A DNA stretch of 64,000 bases, from contig NC_042998.1 of assembly GCF_006345805.1 (NCBI RefSeq), positions 202,492,001 through 202,556,000 of the forward strand. The letters are read 5' to 3'. Source of the DNA: Octopus sinensis (lineage: Eukaryota). This document shows positions 38,742 to 52,199 of the stretch, one piece after another; the first letter of the stretch is position 1, and the number at the start of each line of letters is the position of its first letter. The notes below the pieces were generated by a model. It was not told the origin of the DNA. It did no database searches and saw only the letters and a program-made list of their open reading frames with translations. A program made the translations under genes and the position numbers.

Positions 38742-40189
38742 GCATATATAAATACATATATAAATACATATATAAATACATATATAAATACATATATACA
38801 TACATATATACATGTATATATGTTTATGTGTACATATAGGAGTAAATGTAAGGGTAAGTAAGTTAGAAAAGTCGATATTTATAAAACATTAAATCTATTT
38901 AATACATAAAATATACATATGTATACATATAACAAAGTCCGATTTACACAGAATAGAAATGATATAATTTGTTAAAGGCGTTTAATAAGAGTCTTACATG
39001 CTGAACAGATCTTTTGGAGATAAATTTTGTAACTTGATTCCATCATCAGATAACTCCCGCCTCCGTCTTCAGGGAAGAATTTTACATTTGAGTTTTTGGA
39101 GGCTACGTAATTGCCATTGGCATGGTAAGAACTTGCAAATCTTCGTCTGCAAACACATATATTATAGCTTATATCAATCGTATATGCTTGTTGCTTGGAT
39201 ATGCGAAGAATTCGATTTACTTCTTACGACATCTCAAATACTTTATGGCAATTGTCCCGCTTCTCTCTCCGCACCTTCCGTATACAAATATACATACCTG
39301 TGTGTGCATGTATACATGTATGCTTGTGTACATAACTTTGTATAGATATATATATGTGTCAAGATGAAAATGCGTAGATGGTATGTGTATGTGTGCGCAT
39401 AACTAGTCAAACGGGCAAGCCATAAAAATATAATTGAAAAGTAAGTGCCCATGATAAAATTCAAACTCTATCTGAATTTAATCACTACACTGTCCATAAT
39501 TATAAATCTAATTTGCAATATCCACCGATTTATGAAAACTGTATTACCATTATTCAATGTACAAAAGTAATCGAGAAAATGTCGGATGTTTTTTTTATAT
39601 TGTTTTGTTTGTCAGTGTGTGTTGGCGAATGTGTCTCTCTCAGCAGGGGTCTCACTGCGTTACTCTTCGTGTCTATGTGATTGCGTCTGTATGTGTGTTA
39701 CTCGTGCGTATGCATGTATATGTGAATGATTGCCAGTGTGTCCAACTGTCTGCGTAATAATATATAAAGCCTGAACTTCTATTGAAGCCTATAGAATATA
39801 AAGACAAAGAAATTCTAACACTCGAATGATATAAAGAGAGTAATTATCAAAACAAACAACGGTAACTATAAAAATTACAACCACAACAGCAACAATAATT
39901 CTTGCATTTATTTTACATCAGTCTCACGAACATAATTAACTCTCAGTCCTTTTTTTTTCTTTTTGCTTTTTATTAATTATATTTTTTGCTACCCCCGTGG
40001 TGTGTCGCTGTAGTACACACACTAAATTTATGAAGTGCGCATAATCCGATTTTGCAGTAAATTGAAGGCTCGTTTGTTTCATTGTTATTAAGCAAAAGGT
40101 GTATTGGTAATAAGGAATACCAAATCATCGATTGTGACTTCGTTTAAATATTTGTATTAGTGTTAATAAATCTTGTTGTTCTTGTTGTT

Positions 40190-40217
40190 ATCATCATCAA
40201 CTTTATTATTATTATTA

Positions 40218-40278
<61 letters not shown>

Positions 40279-40295
40279 CATTATTAATATTATTA

Positions 40296-40326
<31 letters not shown>

Positions 40327-40458
40327 GTTATTATTATTATTATTATTATATTATTAATATTATTATTATTATTATTAATACTATTATTATTGTTATTAAT
40401 ATTATCATTATCATTCTTAATATTATTATTATTATTAATATTATTATTATCATTATTA

Positions 40459-40508
<50 letters not shown>

Positions 40509-40522
40509 ATTATTATTATTAA

Positions 40523-40589
<67 letters not shown>

Positions 40590-40735
40590 ATTATTATTAT
40601 TATTATTAATACTATTATTATTGTTATTAATATTATCATTATCATTCTTAATATTATTATTATTATTAATATTATTATTATCATTATTATTATTATTATT
40701 ATTATTGTTGTTGTTGTTGCTGTTGTTGTTGTTGC
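40190..40735 (+). repeat. (ATT)n array with a ~230-nt higher-order duplication
   Basis: Variant string CTATTATTATTGTTATTAATATTATCATTATCATTCTTAAT at 40381 and 40612. Confidence 0.9.
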
Positions 40736-41071
40736 AGTTGTATTTTAATACGATATTTTTTTCTATTTAAACTTTCCTGTATTCCTTTATATTCGTTATT
40801 TTTTTTAATATATTTTTTCTTGTCTTTCTTCATCAGGATATTGACTGTTTCTAATTAGTCATGCATCATAATTTAAAACGGAGTAAAACTGGAAAACGGA
40901 TAAATATAAAAATAACATCTCACACAAACACACGCACAAAACAACGCACACATGCACACATACACACATACAAACACACACACGCAAACTCATATACATA
41001 TATTTTGGAAGATTTTTTAGAAAAGCAAATATAAACGTAACGAGTAATATAACAAAATAACGAGGTATATC

Positions 41072-41154
41072 TAATAACAACAACAACAATAATAATAATA
41101 GTAATAATGATAATAATAATAATGATAATAATAATAATGATAATAATAATAATG

Positions 41155-41187
<33 letters not shown>

Positions 41188-41242
41188 TAATAATAATAAT
41201 AATAATGATAATAATAATAATGATGATGATAATGATGATGAT

Positions 41243-41280
<38 letters not shown>

Positions 41281-41282
41281 TG

Positions 41283-41313
<31 letters not shown>

Positions 41314-41366
41314 TGATAATAATAATAATAATGATGATGATGATGATGATGATAATAATAATAATG

Positions 41367-41397
<31 letters not shown>

Positions 41398-41489
41398 TGA
41401 TGATGATGATGATAATAATAATAATGATAATAATAATAATAATAATGATGATGATGATGATGATAATAATAATAATGATAATAATAATA

Positions 41490-41522
<33 letters not shown>

Positions 41523-41602
41523 TGATGATGATGATGATGATAATGATAATAATAATGATAATAATAATAATAATGATGATGATGATGATGATGATGATGA
41601 TA

Positions 41603-41656
<54 letters not shown>

Positions 41657-41679
41657 TGATGATGATGATGATGATGATG

Positions 41680-41719
<40 letters not shown>

Positions 41720-41720
41720 T
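41072..41720 (+). repeat. (AAT)n/(GAT)n compound microsatellite
   Basis: Direct inspection. Confidence 0.97.
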
Positions 41721-42119
41721 ATCAAAAGCAGGAGCAGGTGGACGAAGAGAATGCGTAACTTCTCTTCTGTGCCTCAAGGGCGACGTATGAGGGACCATTA
41801 ATTACAGGAACGATTTAATGAAATGTCTAGTGTTTAACATAGAAATGGAAATGAACGAAAAGTAACTGTAAACATACGAATGTGAATAAGAATCTCTAGA
41901 GAACAGGATGGCCTTCCATCCGATGACCAAAGTCGGAATCCTATAGATATAGGATTAACCATACTACCAATGAAAGGAGCCTTCTCTATGCGGTATACCT
42001 CAGACTACATAGCCACGCTGGCGTTTGCCATATTTACAGAGGCTAATAGGCTATTCTTGCTAATTTCATCAAACTTGGTACGAATTTACTGAACACAGAA
42101 AGCCACTTACTCTCTACTT

Positions 42120-42531
42120 AATAGTAATGGCAACAATAGCAATTTGAATAATAGTGACGGAAATGGTGATCGCGATGGTGATCATGATGATACTGAGGAT
42201 GAGGATTGGGATGAGAAGGAGGAGAAGGAAGAGAAGGAGAAAGTTGTGCAGGAGGAGCAGGAGGACGACGACAACGGTTGTAATGATGATGATGATGATG
42301 ATGATGATAGTGGTGGTTGTGGTGGTGGTGGTGGTGGTGGTGGTGGTGATGATGATGGTGATGATGACCATGAGGATGGTAATGATGACGATGATGATGA
42401 TCATCATCATCATGAGGATAATGAGAATGATGATTGGGATGAAAAGGAGGAGAAGGAAGAGGAGGAGAAAGTTGGGCAGGAGAAGCAGGAGGACGACGAC
42501 AACGGTTGTGATGATGATGGTGATGATGATA

Positions 42532-42583
<52 letters not shown>

Positions 42584-42950
42584 CGATGACGATGATGATG
42601 ATGATGATAATGGTGGTGGTGGTGGTGGTGGTGATGATGATGATGGTGATGATGACCATGAGGATGATAATGATGACGATGATGATGATCATCATCATCA
42701 TGAGGATAATGAGAATGATGATTGTGATGAGAAGGAGGAGAAGGAAGAGGAGAAAGTTGGGCAGGAGGGGCAGGATGATGACGACAACGACAATAATGAC
42801 AACGGTTGTGATGATGGTGATGATGATGATGATGATGACGTGGTGGTGATGCGGGAGCTGGTGGTGGGTGGTCGTCGTTGTGGTGATGGTGGTCATGGTT
42901 TTGGTGCGGATGACGATGACGATGACGACGACGATGCAAATGATGATTCG
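42120..42950 (+). repeat. GAT/GGT/GAG-based composite minisatellite with three higher-order units
   Basis: AAGGAGGAGAAGGAAGAG..AAAGTTG.GCAGG marker at ~42216, ~42444 and ~42732. Confidence 0.9.
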
Positions 42951-44297
42951 GTATGAAATTTATACTTTTCTATATAAAAAAAAACGTATTTAGGCTCTTT
43001 GGGAAAATAAATGAAGTGGTACCGATACGTGTTATCTCTCTGAGGACAAGAAATATCAGTAGCTCTATGAAGTGGATCAACCAATGAAATCGAGCATATA
43101 TTTTCTGTCCACAGAGAGATAATATTACCTTACAAAGTAACCACACACTTTATGTTTTTCATTTTTATCTCGAGGTTAAATACTATGTTTTTTTTAAATT
43201 TTATGTCTTACATCTCAAAAATGCTGTGGAGTGCGATATGAATTAATTAATATTAATAAAATTAGCAGGAATAGTATTAATGGTGACTTCTTTGAAAAGC
43301 AATGGCAACAACAGGAAGAAAAAGAAGATCAATTCTGCAACAACTATTACTATTACAACGAAAACTACTATTCGTAGTAGTAGTAGTAGTAGTAGTAGCA
43401 GTATTACTATGAACATCAATAATATTATTACTAATAGTAATAATAATTTCAAAAACAATATTAACAATGAGCTATCATTTAAATTAATAGCCACAAACTG
43501 GAAATGTAATAAAAATATGAATGTTATTGGTTTTTTTTTTTTTTTAGCATCGTAATTTTTTTCGATATTCTTATTTATTTGTCATGTTATTTGCGTTTTT
43601 ATTTAATTTTTATGTCGGTCATTTCAAAGGAAAAAAAAAAGGCAAGTTTTCAAAGAGAGTCAGACAGACAAAGAGGCAAACAGTCAAACATACAGATAGA
43701 GACAGGAAGGATGAGAGTTAAATACAGATATAGAGATACAGATGGAGTGGAAGAAATATTGGAAGAGAGAGAGAAACCGAAAACACCGAACGCAAAATTT
43801 GTAAATTGTTCATCTTTCCTGCTTTCCTTCTGTTTTGATTTTTTTCGGAAGGAAATAAAATTGAATTAAACGAGCGACAATGCCGATTTACTATGGCCAA
43901 GGGAAGATAATATCGTTGGGAAGATGGCGCTGGTATTCTGTGCTTGTATAGTATTATGTATGTATGTATGTATGGTAAGTATGTATGTATATATGCACGT
44001 GTGTATGTATGTACGTATGTATGTATGTATGTATGTATGTATGTATGTATGTATGTATGTATGTATGTTTGTGCTTTGCGTGCGTGAGTGTGTGTGTAGT
44101 GAGTATTTCTATGAGAAAGTAAGGTAGGGAGAGGAGGATTTGGTTAGTTTGTGTTGGGTCAGACAAATGTGATATCGAGGATCGATCGATGTTGTATCAC
44201 TATTACTGAGATTGGCTTTTTTATGGTTGAGTCAACCACCATTTCCTCGTTTTTGCATTTAGTGTTCATCGCATTTAATTCCTTACCTACTCAATAC

Positions 44298-44690
44298 AGG
44301 CGCAGGAGTGGCTATATAGGCGCAGGAGTGGCTGTGTGGTAAGTAGCTTGCTAACCAACCACATGGTTCCATTTTCAGTCCCACTGCGTGGCATCTTGGG
44401 CAAGTGCCTTCTGCTATAGCCCCGGGCCGACCAATGCCTTGTGAGTGGATTTGGTAGACAGAAACTGAAAGAAGCCTGTCGTATATATGTATATATATGT
44501 ATATGTGTGTGTGTTTGTGTGTCTGTGTTGTCCCCCTAGCATTGCTTGACAACCGATGCTGGTGTGTTTACGTCCCCGTCACTTAGCGGTTCGGCAAAAG
44601 AGACCGATAGAATAAGTACTAAAGGCGGTGCTCCAGCATGGCCGCAGTCAAATGACTGAAACAGGTAAAAGAGTAAAAGAGTAAAAAGAG
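44298..44690 (+). mobile_element. S2 SINE with a 5' duplication and a ~45-nt internal deletion
   Basis: AGGCGCAGGAGTGGCT repeated at 44298 and 44318; AAGTACT joined directly to AAAGGCGGTG. Confidence 0.9.
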
Positions 44691-44935
44691 TATACGCTTA
44701 TCTACACACCCATGGAGATATACACACACACACGTATATAAGTGATTTATATACATATGCACATATATGCATATATATGTATGTGTGTGTATATGTTCGT
44801 ACGTCTGTATACATATATATAGAGAGAGAGCGGAGGAGAGAAAGAGAGAAGACAAAAGATGGTAGACAATAAGACTTAGGCGGGAGAGACAGGACATATA
44901 TATATACATATATATATATACATATATATATATAC

Positions 44936-44982
<47 letters not shown>

Positions 44983-45045
44983 TCCCGGGTTGAGTCGGGG
45001 TTAACCACAGTAAATAAGGTACTCAATACATAGCAGAGTAAATTA

Positions 45046-45187
45046 ATTTATTTTATAGAAGGAACTTCTACAGGACTAGAACTGTTTCATTCAAAAGAAA
45101 TCATCAGGAAGCTCATCAGGAAGCTTCCTGATGATTTCTTTTGAATGAAACAGTTCTAGTCCTGTAGAAGCTCCTTCTATAAAATAA

Positions 45188-45189
<2 letters not shown>
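45046..45189. repeat. Short palindrome with hammerhead-like core words on both strands
   Basis: Centre AAG|CTT 45121-45126; extra TCATCAGGAAGC at 45101-45112; outward CTGATGA..GAAAC..GTC..AATAAA. Confidence 0.9.
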
Positions 45190-45257
<68 letters not shown>

Positions 45258-45359
45258 AAATATATATATATATAGATATATATAGATATATTGAATAATA
45301 CAAAATAGATATTTTTGAAGTAAAGCGCAGGATTCTCAGTACATAAATGGCACAGTACT

Positions 45360-45482
45360 AATAACAAGCAGCAGTAGTAGTAGTAGTAGTAGTAGTAGTA
45401 GCAGCAGCAGCAGTAGTAGTAGTAGTAATAGTAGTAGTAGTAGTAGTAGTAGCAGTAGTAGCAGCAGTAATAGTAGTAGTAA

Positions 45483-45527
<45 letters not shown>

Positions 45528-45539
45528 CAGCATCAGTAC

Positions 45540-45572
<33 letters not shown>

Positions 45573-45575
45573 CGA
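45360..45575 (+). repeat. (TAG)n/(CAG)n microsatellite
   Basis: Direct inspection. Confidence 0.97.
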
Positions 45576-46619
45576 TGTAAATATGTGTCCTTATATGCAC
45601 CAAAATCTCATGAGACGTTCTCTCATGGTAACTTTCGCTGTTTTCATGGTAACTATCGCTGTTCCCACACATTCACATTTAAGTGGGGAAATATATTGAA
45701 AAATTATAATCTTATTAACCACAACTTGTCGCAAACATTTAATTCATACATACATTTAACAATATCTGTCGCTATAAATTATTTCATTACACCACTGGCT
45801 ATAGCGACACCAATGCCTAATTAGGCACTTAGATTGACAAGGACAAGAGAGGCAGAAACCATATAATCTGGTAGTCCCGACGGCGGCGATGGCGGTTAAT
45901 TTATCGCCCCCTAGCGATATAAGCAATATTGCTTGTATACATCTATATGATAGTTTCTCTTATGGTTTTTATCGCATAGCCATACCAACAATCCAACATA
46001 CCTCCATCATCAGCTGCCCCACGGATATCATTATGGTTTCGACACCCGGGCAGTACCATTCAATTCGGCGGTATCAACAGCGCTAAAATAAGTGTTATTT
46101 GGGAACAAACAAACCAAAGAAACCGTAATAAAAGAAGGAATATGCACACAGATTACATAGTTTTAATATATGTTTTTTATACATTTTATAAGTGAAAGAT
46201 TATTGTGTTTGTCGACCGGTTTTGCTTTCGCTAATCATGACACTGAAATTATTGTTAATTCCACATTTTATTAAGAAGATTTTAGTCCATGCTGTGTATG
46301 GGAGTTTGTGAATGAATTAACAAGTGGAAAAGTTTAAGGGGAGGTAATTGGTAATAGTTATTATTCCGGACAGGGGAGGTCATGACTCATTTTTGTGGGA
46401 AGGTATAAATAAATATAGAAAATCTCAAAAGCTAAAGTAGTGAGATGGAATATTTACAATGAATTAAAATATATACTGAGACCAAATTTGGTTATGCGTT
46501 CATATTTAGGCGTTCCATATTTAAGAGATGGACAGTGGCCGGGAACTTATCGGGACCTACTACCAAGTGGTGTTTATTCTTATCTATGTCTGTTGGGATA
46601 TTAGGAGCACCAAAAGTTA

Positions 46620-47640
46620 TATCAGATATGGTTAGTTGAGGGAGGGTTTACATCAATGATACTAGCCAGATCAACCGCATTAGTGTTACTGAAGAGAGAG
46701 CAGTATTGTCTCTGCAGTATCTCACTCATGGATTTTACATCATCATGTAGAGTGGTGTTCTCGTCAACCAGAGGACCAACAGTAGAAACAGCGTCTTTAT
46801 ATTTTTGGGGGGTTTGTTTTGCAAATGAAAAAAACATTTTGGGATTGAGTTTTATCTTTTCAATGGCCCAACTCTCCTCATCTGCCATGATATGTTTATG
46901 TTGGAAGTGGGGGTGCGTGAAGGCCCAATCACCTTGCAAAAGATCATGATTGATCGCATTCCAGTCTGTGTTATGAGGATCCATAGTGTCAAATGGATGG
47001 ACTGGAGAGATGTCACTGGATTTGATCTCTATGTGGTAGAATCTCAGATCACAGAGAATCATATCATGGTCTGAGAGTGGTGGTGTTTTTTTCCACTGCA
47101 ACATTGATGATAGTGTCAATGTGGTTACTGAACACTAGGTTCAAGTTTTTTTATGACACCTTGTTGATTCACGAACAAGTTGGGTTAGAAAAGAATTCAT
47201 CCATGAAATAAAAAATCAATTCGATTGCTTCCTTATCAGGGGTTGAGGCGGAAAAACCTGGTTTCAAGCTGTTTGTGGACCAATCAGCACTGGGAAGGTT
47301 GAAGTCCCACATCACTAATATGTTGTCAGCATGATACTTATGAATGAAACACTTAATAAGGTTGAGGCGTTCCTTGAAGCGCAGAAAAGGAGTTAGGGGT
47401 GGCCTATAGAGTCAAATTACTATTAAATTGTTGGTTTTACTAAACACAAGCTGCTTCACGTCAGCCGTTGGTAAATACGTCCATTGCTTCAGCCGAAAAA
47501 GAATTGTACACGAAAATGGCGAACCCACTCTTTCTTCTGTCGACACAATCTGCACAAATATACATTTGCTTGTCAGAATCTATCCGTTTATATAGGATAG
47601 GTATATCTAGATATATCTCAAATCTGCACACACCCTTGTA
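46620..47640 (-). mobile_element. CR1/L2-group LINE, APE endonuclease plus linker (decayed)
   Basis: DRRKSGFAIFV, YRPP, VMWDFNLP, LSDHDMI, IKLNPKMFFSFAK, VGPLVD. Confidence 0.82.
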
Positions 47641-49419
47641 CACATACACACATACACACGCACATAAATTCACTAATGTTCGCATATCTTTAAACGTACG
47701 CATTCTTACCTATTTACAAATAATTCCTAACCCTACACACCGGCATTCATACAGTTTACACGTGTTCTTTCTTGCGTACAGAAACGACAAACAAAAGCTT
47801 GTATCTATTTTACACATGTCTAAGATTCTTAGTTTAATAATCTGTTCCTATGTAATACAGAAGTGCTTTCTTTTGTGGCAAACTTTATATAAATCAGTTG
47901 CTGTTGAATTTCCGCCAGTGGTAGTGTGGTCAATATATTGCGGAACGTAGAATAACAAAAAGTATTAAATGAAACCAAATATATATAAAAAGGAAAAATA
48001 CATAGAAAACAGGAAATAACTGTAGGCTTTCTATTGGTTAGGCATTCAACAGCGGATATATATAGTTGTAATTCTTTAATCTAATATACAAACCTATAGA
48101 ATTTACGGCAAAGATTACGTTGATAAATAAATCTTTTTTGACATTCCTTGCGAAAAATGTCTCTTCCAGCTTCAATTTCGTTTTGGGTGATCTTTGCACT
48201 GCTACTATCGATCTTTTCCAAATGCACTTTATGCCAAAAGCTGTGATTGCATAAGCACTGAATCATAGAATCTCCAACTTCGAAACTCGATTAAGAATAT
48301 CAAATTTTGCAGCTTTCGTCTTCTTTATCTCGGAGATCTAACAAGACTGGATATGCGAGCACTTTCACATTGATGATAGAAGAAAGTTGGATGACAATGA
48401 TATTAACAACCTTTCCCTCTCTCCTACCCTAGCTTCCTCTTTTACCCCCCTCTCTTTTCCCTTCTATTCCCTATCTATTATGTATATGTATGCACATGCA
48501 TATATACGTATATATATATATATATCACTATCCCTCTCTCCCTAAATGATCCTAAGTAAAAGACTCAAACTGGAAAAAAATAAGAACAGCAATTTTATGG
48601 TTTCCGTAAACGTCTTAAATGATAAATTAGTTACGATTTTTAGAAGATAAAAATGGACAGCCTTTTTATCCTTTCTTAATTCTATGTTCGTTTCTTATAT
48701 AGGATATTGGTTTATTTTATCTATATACATTTTTGTAGGCGAAATAGCTGTTTTCTCTTTCCGTCCAACTCGACATCACTTTTAACCCATTGTACCGAAA
48801 TGACCTAAGTTGCCGCGTGACGGCTAAGAGAGAATTATACTTAGATTGTACGGCCACTGAATTTAGGAGAATTAATAAACAAACATCCACTACAACCAAG
48901 CTCATTTAACCATCTCAGAAATAAATAGGTTCTATAAATTTATCGCCAACAGAAATTTTTGTGTTTGTCAGGCACAGCGCCAATTTTCACAACTGAATTA
49001 ATTTATTCATATACGCGTATATATTTATAACGGTAGGTTTAACTTTAAAGGTGCAAAGTGAACATGCTGCCTGGTTTAACAACACCACTTGGTCTTTAGG
49101 TGCAAGATACGTTCCAGAACCCTTGCATCCTAAGGGCATACACATTTAAATTATGTTGTACATGCTAAAGCGAATATCAGCTACATCAAACTCACTAATC
49201 AAAGACTTGTCCTGAATTTTAGTCTCTCTGAGGGCATATAAAATGCTTCGAAATCTTTGAGAAAACCTCAAATTGAAAGTAAGAGAATATAAGTTCTGAC
49301 AGATATTTAGTCTTGTACATTACCATTTCTAATAAACACGATACAATTGAACCTCCGAAACAGACACAACGTTGTCACTCGTAAAAGCTGAAATAATATT
49401 TAATAATAGAAAGGGAAAG

Positions 49420-49690
49420 AAACATCGTAAGGCATTTAATTCAATGATCTGATCCTCAGCCCACTTTGTGTTATGTTCTCAGTGGATAAACAACAAAGCA
49501 ACAAAGCGACAACAAAAGTTATTTCGTTCTTATATCACTAATATTATAGTTTATGGTTCAAAAGCTCTTCCCATGCTTAAAACGTCTCCAGTTTTCATAA
49601 TTTCATCAGGCCATCAACGTTTAAGGAAAATTATGTGCATACACAGTCGTAATAGTTTTTCTAGGAAACCATCCAGTTAGTGTATCAATT
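49420..49690 (+). mobile_element. RTE-like LINE fragment, post-RT
   Basis: KLFRSYITNIIVYGSK..HQRLRKIMCIH. Confidence 0.55.
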
Positions 49691-50864
49691 CTAGAAGATA
49701 AGCAAATTTTTAGTACCCACTAACTCTAGTTGTTTTCTCGCTAAATAAAAAAAAACCGATGATCAAAGATGATCCAGCCATGACCATCATATCCTCTTTC
49801 ATTTAAAAATGTAGCCTATGCAGCATCGTATTATACAATGTGTTATTTTAAAGGGCCCTACGTTAAGATTTGATGATGCTATTTATTGTCCTTTCCAATA
49901 AGACGACAACCACAAAGTGGCTTCCTTGCAAACAATATAACAAACACAAATTTCTAAAATGAGACATTGCAGAGCAATATGCTATGTTACGGTCAATTGT
50001 CTCTGATTTATACTTCATTTCTACAAATCATATTTATTACCATCTCCCCCTATCTATTTTGTATAGTGTATTTCAAGGTTACAGACCAGTATTTCAAAAC
50101 TCTTTTCTATCATTACTTTAGAATCCAAAAGAACCAAGTATCTATCGTTTGTATTGTTATTTAAAATTACTTCAGAAAATGAACCTATCTTGAGATAATG
50201 TTTGCAGTAGATTTTGAGATTGTGTTAAGTCGTCTGACTGTAATAAATCTTTGATACTCGACCTGCCAATTACTACCGTAGGTTTATTTCAAACCAAAAT
50301 ATCGATATCCACTTTATCACGCATAGACATATGAGCTTTATTTAAAATCCAAATATCATTGAGGTAGAGTATCAAGAGATTTGGTGGTTGGAATTCTATA
50401 AATCATTTACTCACTTACCAAATGCATTGGTAGCGTTTTCCAAATTGGAACTTGGTTACATTGTCAGGAGATGCAATCGTCAATACAATACATGCTACAT
50501 AGCAATATGCTTTCATAGATTTTTAGTTGCAAGTTGTTTATCCTATCTGGATCGATCGCAGCCTCATCGGCTGTTTATACTGAAAGCCGAGAATAAATGA
50601 ATATTGAATTTTTTTTTGCAGTGTGCACAATGACTCTTTTCCTACGAGAAGAGATTATGATCAGTGAACGCTGCGAAAATCACAGACATAAAAAATCCCA
50701 TTCCTTCTTCAATTCTTCCTTTCTCATCCTCACAATAAATATGCATGTATATACGTACATACATGCATACATATACATTTATATACATATATATGTATAT
50801 ACTACTAATATAGGATGAAGTTTTTTACAGAAAAAAATTTCACCAAAAAGTGGCAGCAAGTTTA

Positions 50865-50924
<60 letters not shown>

Positions 50925-50928
<4 letters not shown>

Positions 50929-51039
50929 AACCACGTGACCGACCAGTCCATCAGATATAGTTACACATCGCTGGTCACAATGCGTTCGCATTGTTTTAGC
51001 CTTCGAATGACGCCACCCCGCTGGTTAAGCGAGCAGGCC
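50925..51039 (-). mobile_element. S3 tail-B fragment
   Basis: CACGTGACCGACCAGTCCATCAGAT..GACGCCACCCCGCTG shared with 19325-19425. Confidence 0.8.
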
Positions 51040-51080
51040 AATATATATATATATATAATATATATATATACGTATATATG

Positions 51081-51113
<33 letters not shown>

Positions 51114-51132
51114 GTATATATGTATATATGTG

Positions 51133-51165
<33 letters not shown>

Positions 51166-52102
51166 GTGTATATGTGTGTGTATACATATGTTTATATGCG
51201 TGCACACACATATATAGTATATATATATATACATATATGTATTATGTATGTATGTATATATATATATGTATATATATTATACATGCGTGTGTACATACAT
51301 ACCATGACTACCTGGTACATAAAAATAAAGGAATTTCGGTCGTTTCGACGTTGTTTATTCAGTAGTTTGACTAACTGAATTACCAGTTCGTTGACTTGGT
51401 GAACAGTGGCTGAGTATTTCACATATCACATTTGCCCTTAATGTAATTTTAAAACAAAATCCTCGTGTTACAATATGTGGATAGATATAACCTTCGAACT
51501 ACAAGTTGAAGTTTATACTATGGGCTTCCACACAGTCCCTGTGTAAACATTTTCACAAGCAAACATCAAGTAAACGATCACTTACCAAATTGGGTTTCGT
51601 ACTTATATCAGCTTGCATATTAACACACACTCATATGTCCACAGATATATGCTTGTATGTGTGCGTGTTTGTGTGTGTGTCGATCTGTCTGTCTGTGTGT
51701 GGGAGTGGGGATCAACTGTGTATATATGCCTCAGGTATAATACATAGATGGCTATTTCAGCTGAATATTCCTTCATTGCGTACACCGTATTATTTATTCA
51801 GTCCGACGACTATTTGCAATGCTAGTGAATGTATTATTCAGTGTCTTATATCACCTTTATTAAAAGGTGGGTGAATATGGTAAACATGCTCCGCGTTAAA
51901 GGGCCTACTTTGAGTATACGCTTTTGAGTTTCCAAGGCTGAGAGAGAGAGAGAAAAAAAAAGATGGGGAGGGGGCCTTAGTGGTCGTGGCGTTTGTGGAT
52001 TTTTCGCGGGGTCTCCATGAGTGGCCCAGAGTGCTTGCCTCTTTTAGGCATTTTTCGTGTTATATTTATCATTGTTATTGACTTTTACACCACACTTTGT
52101 CC

Positions 52103-52140
<38 letters not shown>

Positions 52141-52199
52141 AATAATAATAATATATGTATATATGTACATACGTATATATGTATATATGTATGGTAATA

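Noticed and set aside
38990-39100. CTGATGA..TCC AAAA GATCT on the minus strand as a hammerhead
   Set aside because: G12 is missing, there is no valid NUH and no stem I pairing
40173-41798. Poly-Ile/Leu/Tyr ORFs up to 292 aa
   Set aside because: Stop-free frames of (ATT)n/(AAT)n/(GAT)n repeats
45870-46565. Possible TIR pair GGTAGTCCCGA / TCGGGACCTAC
   Set aside because: The match is short and imperfect with no clear TSD
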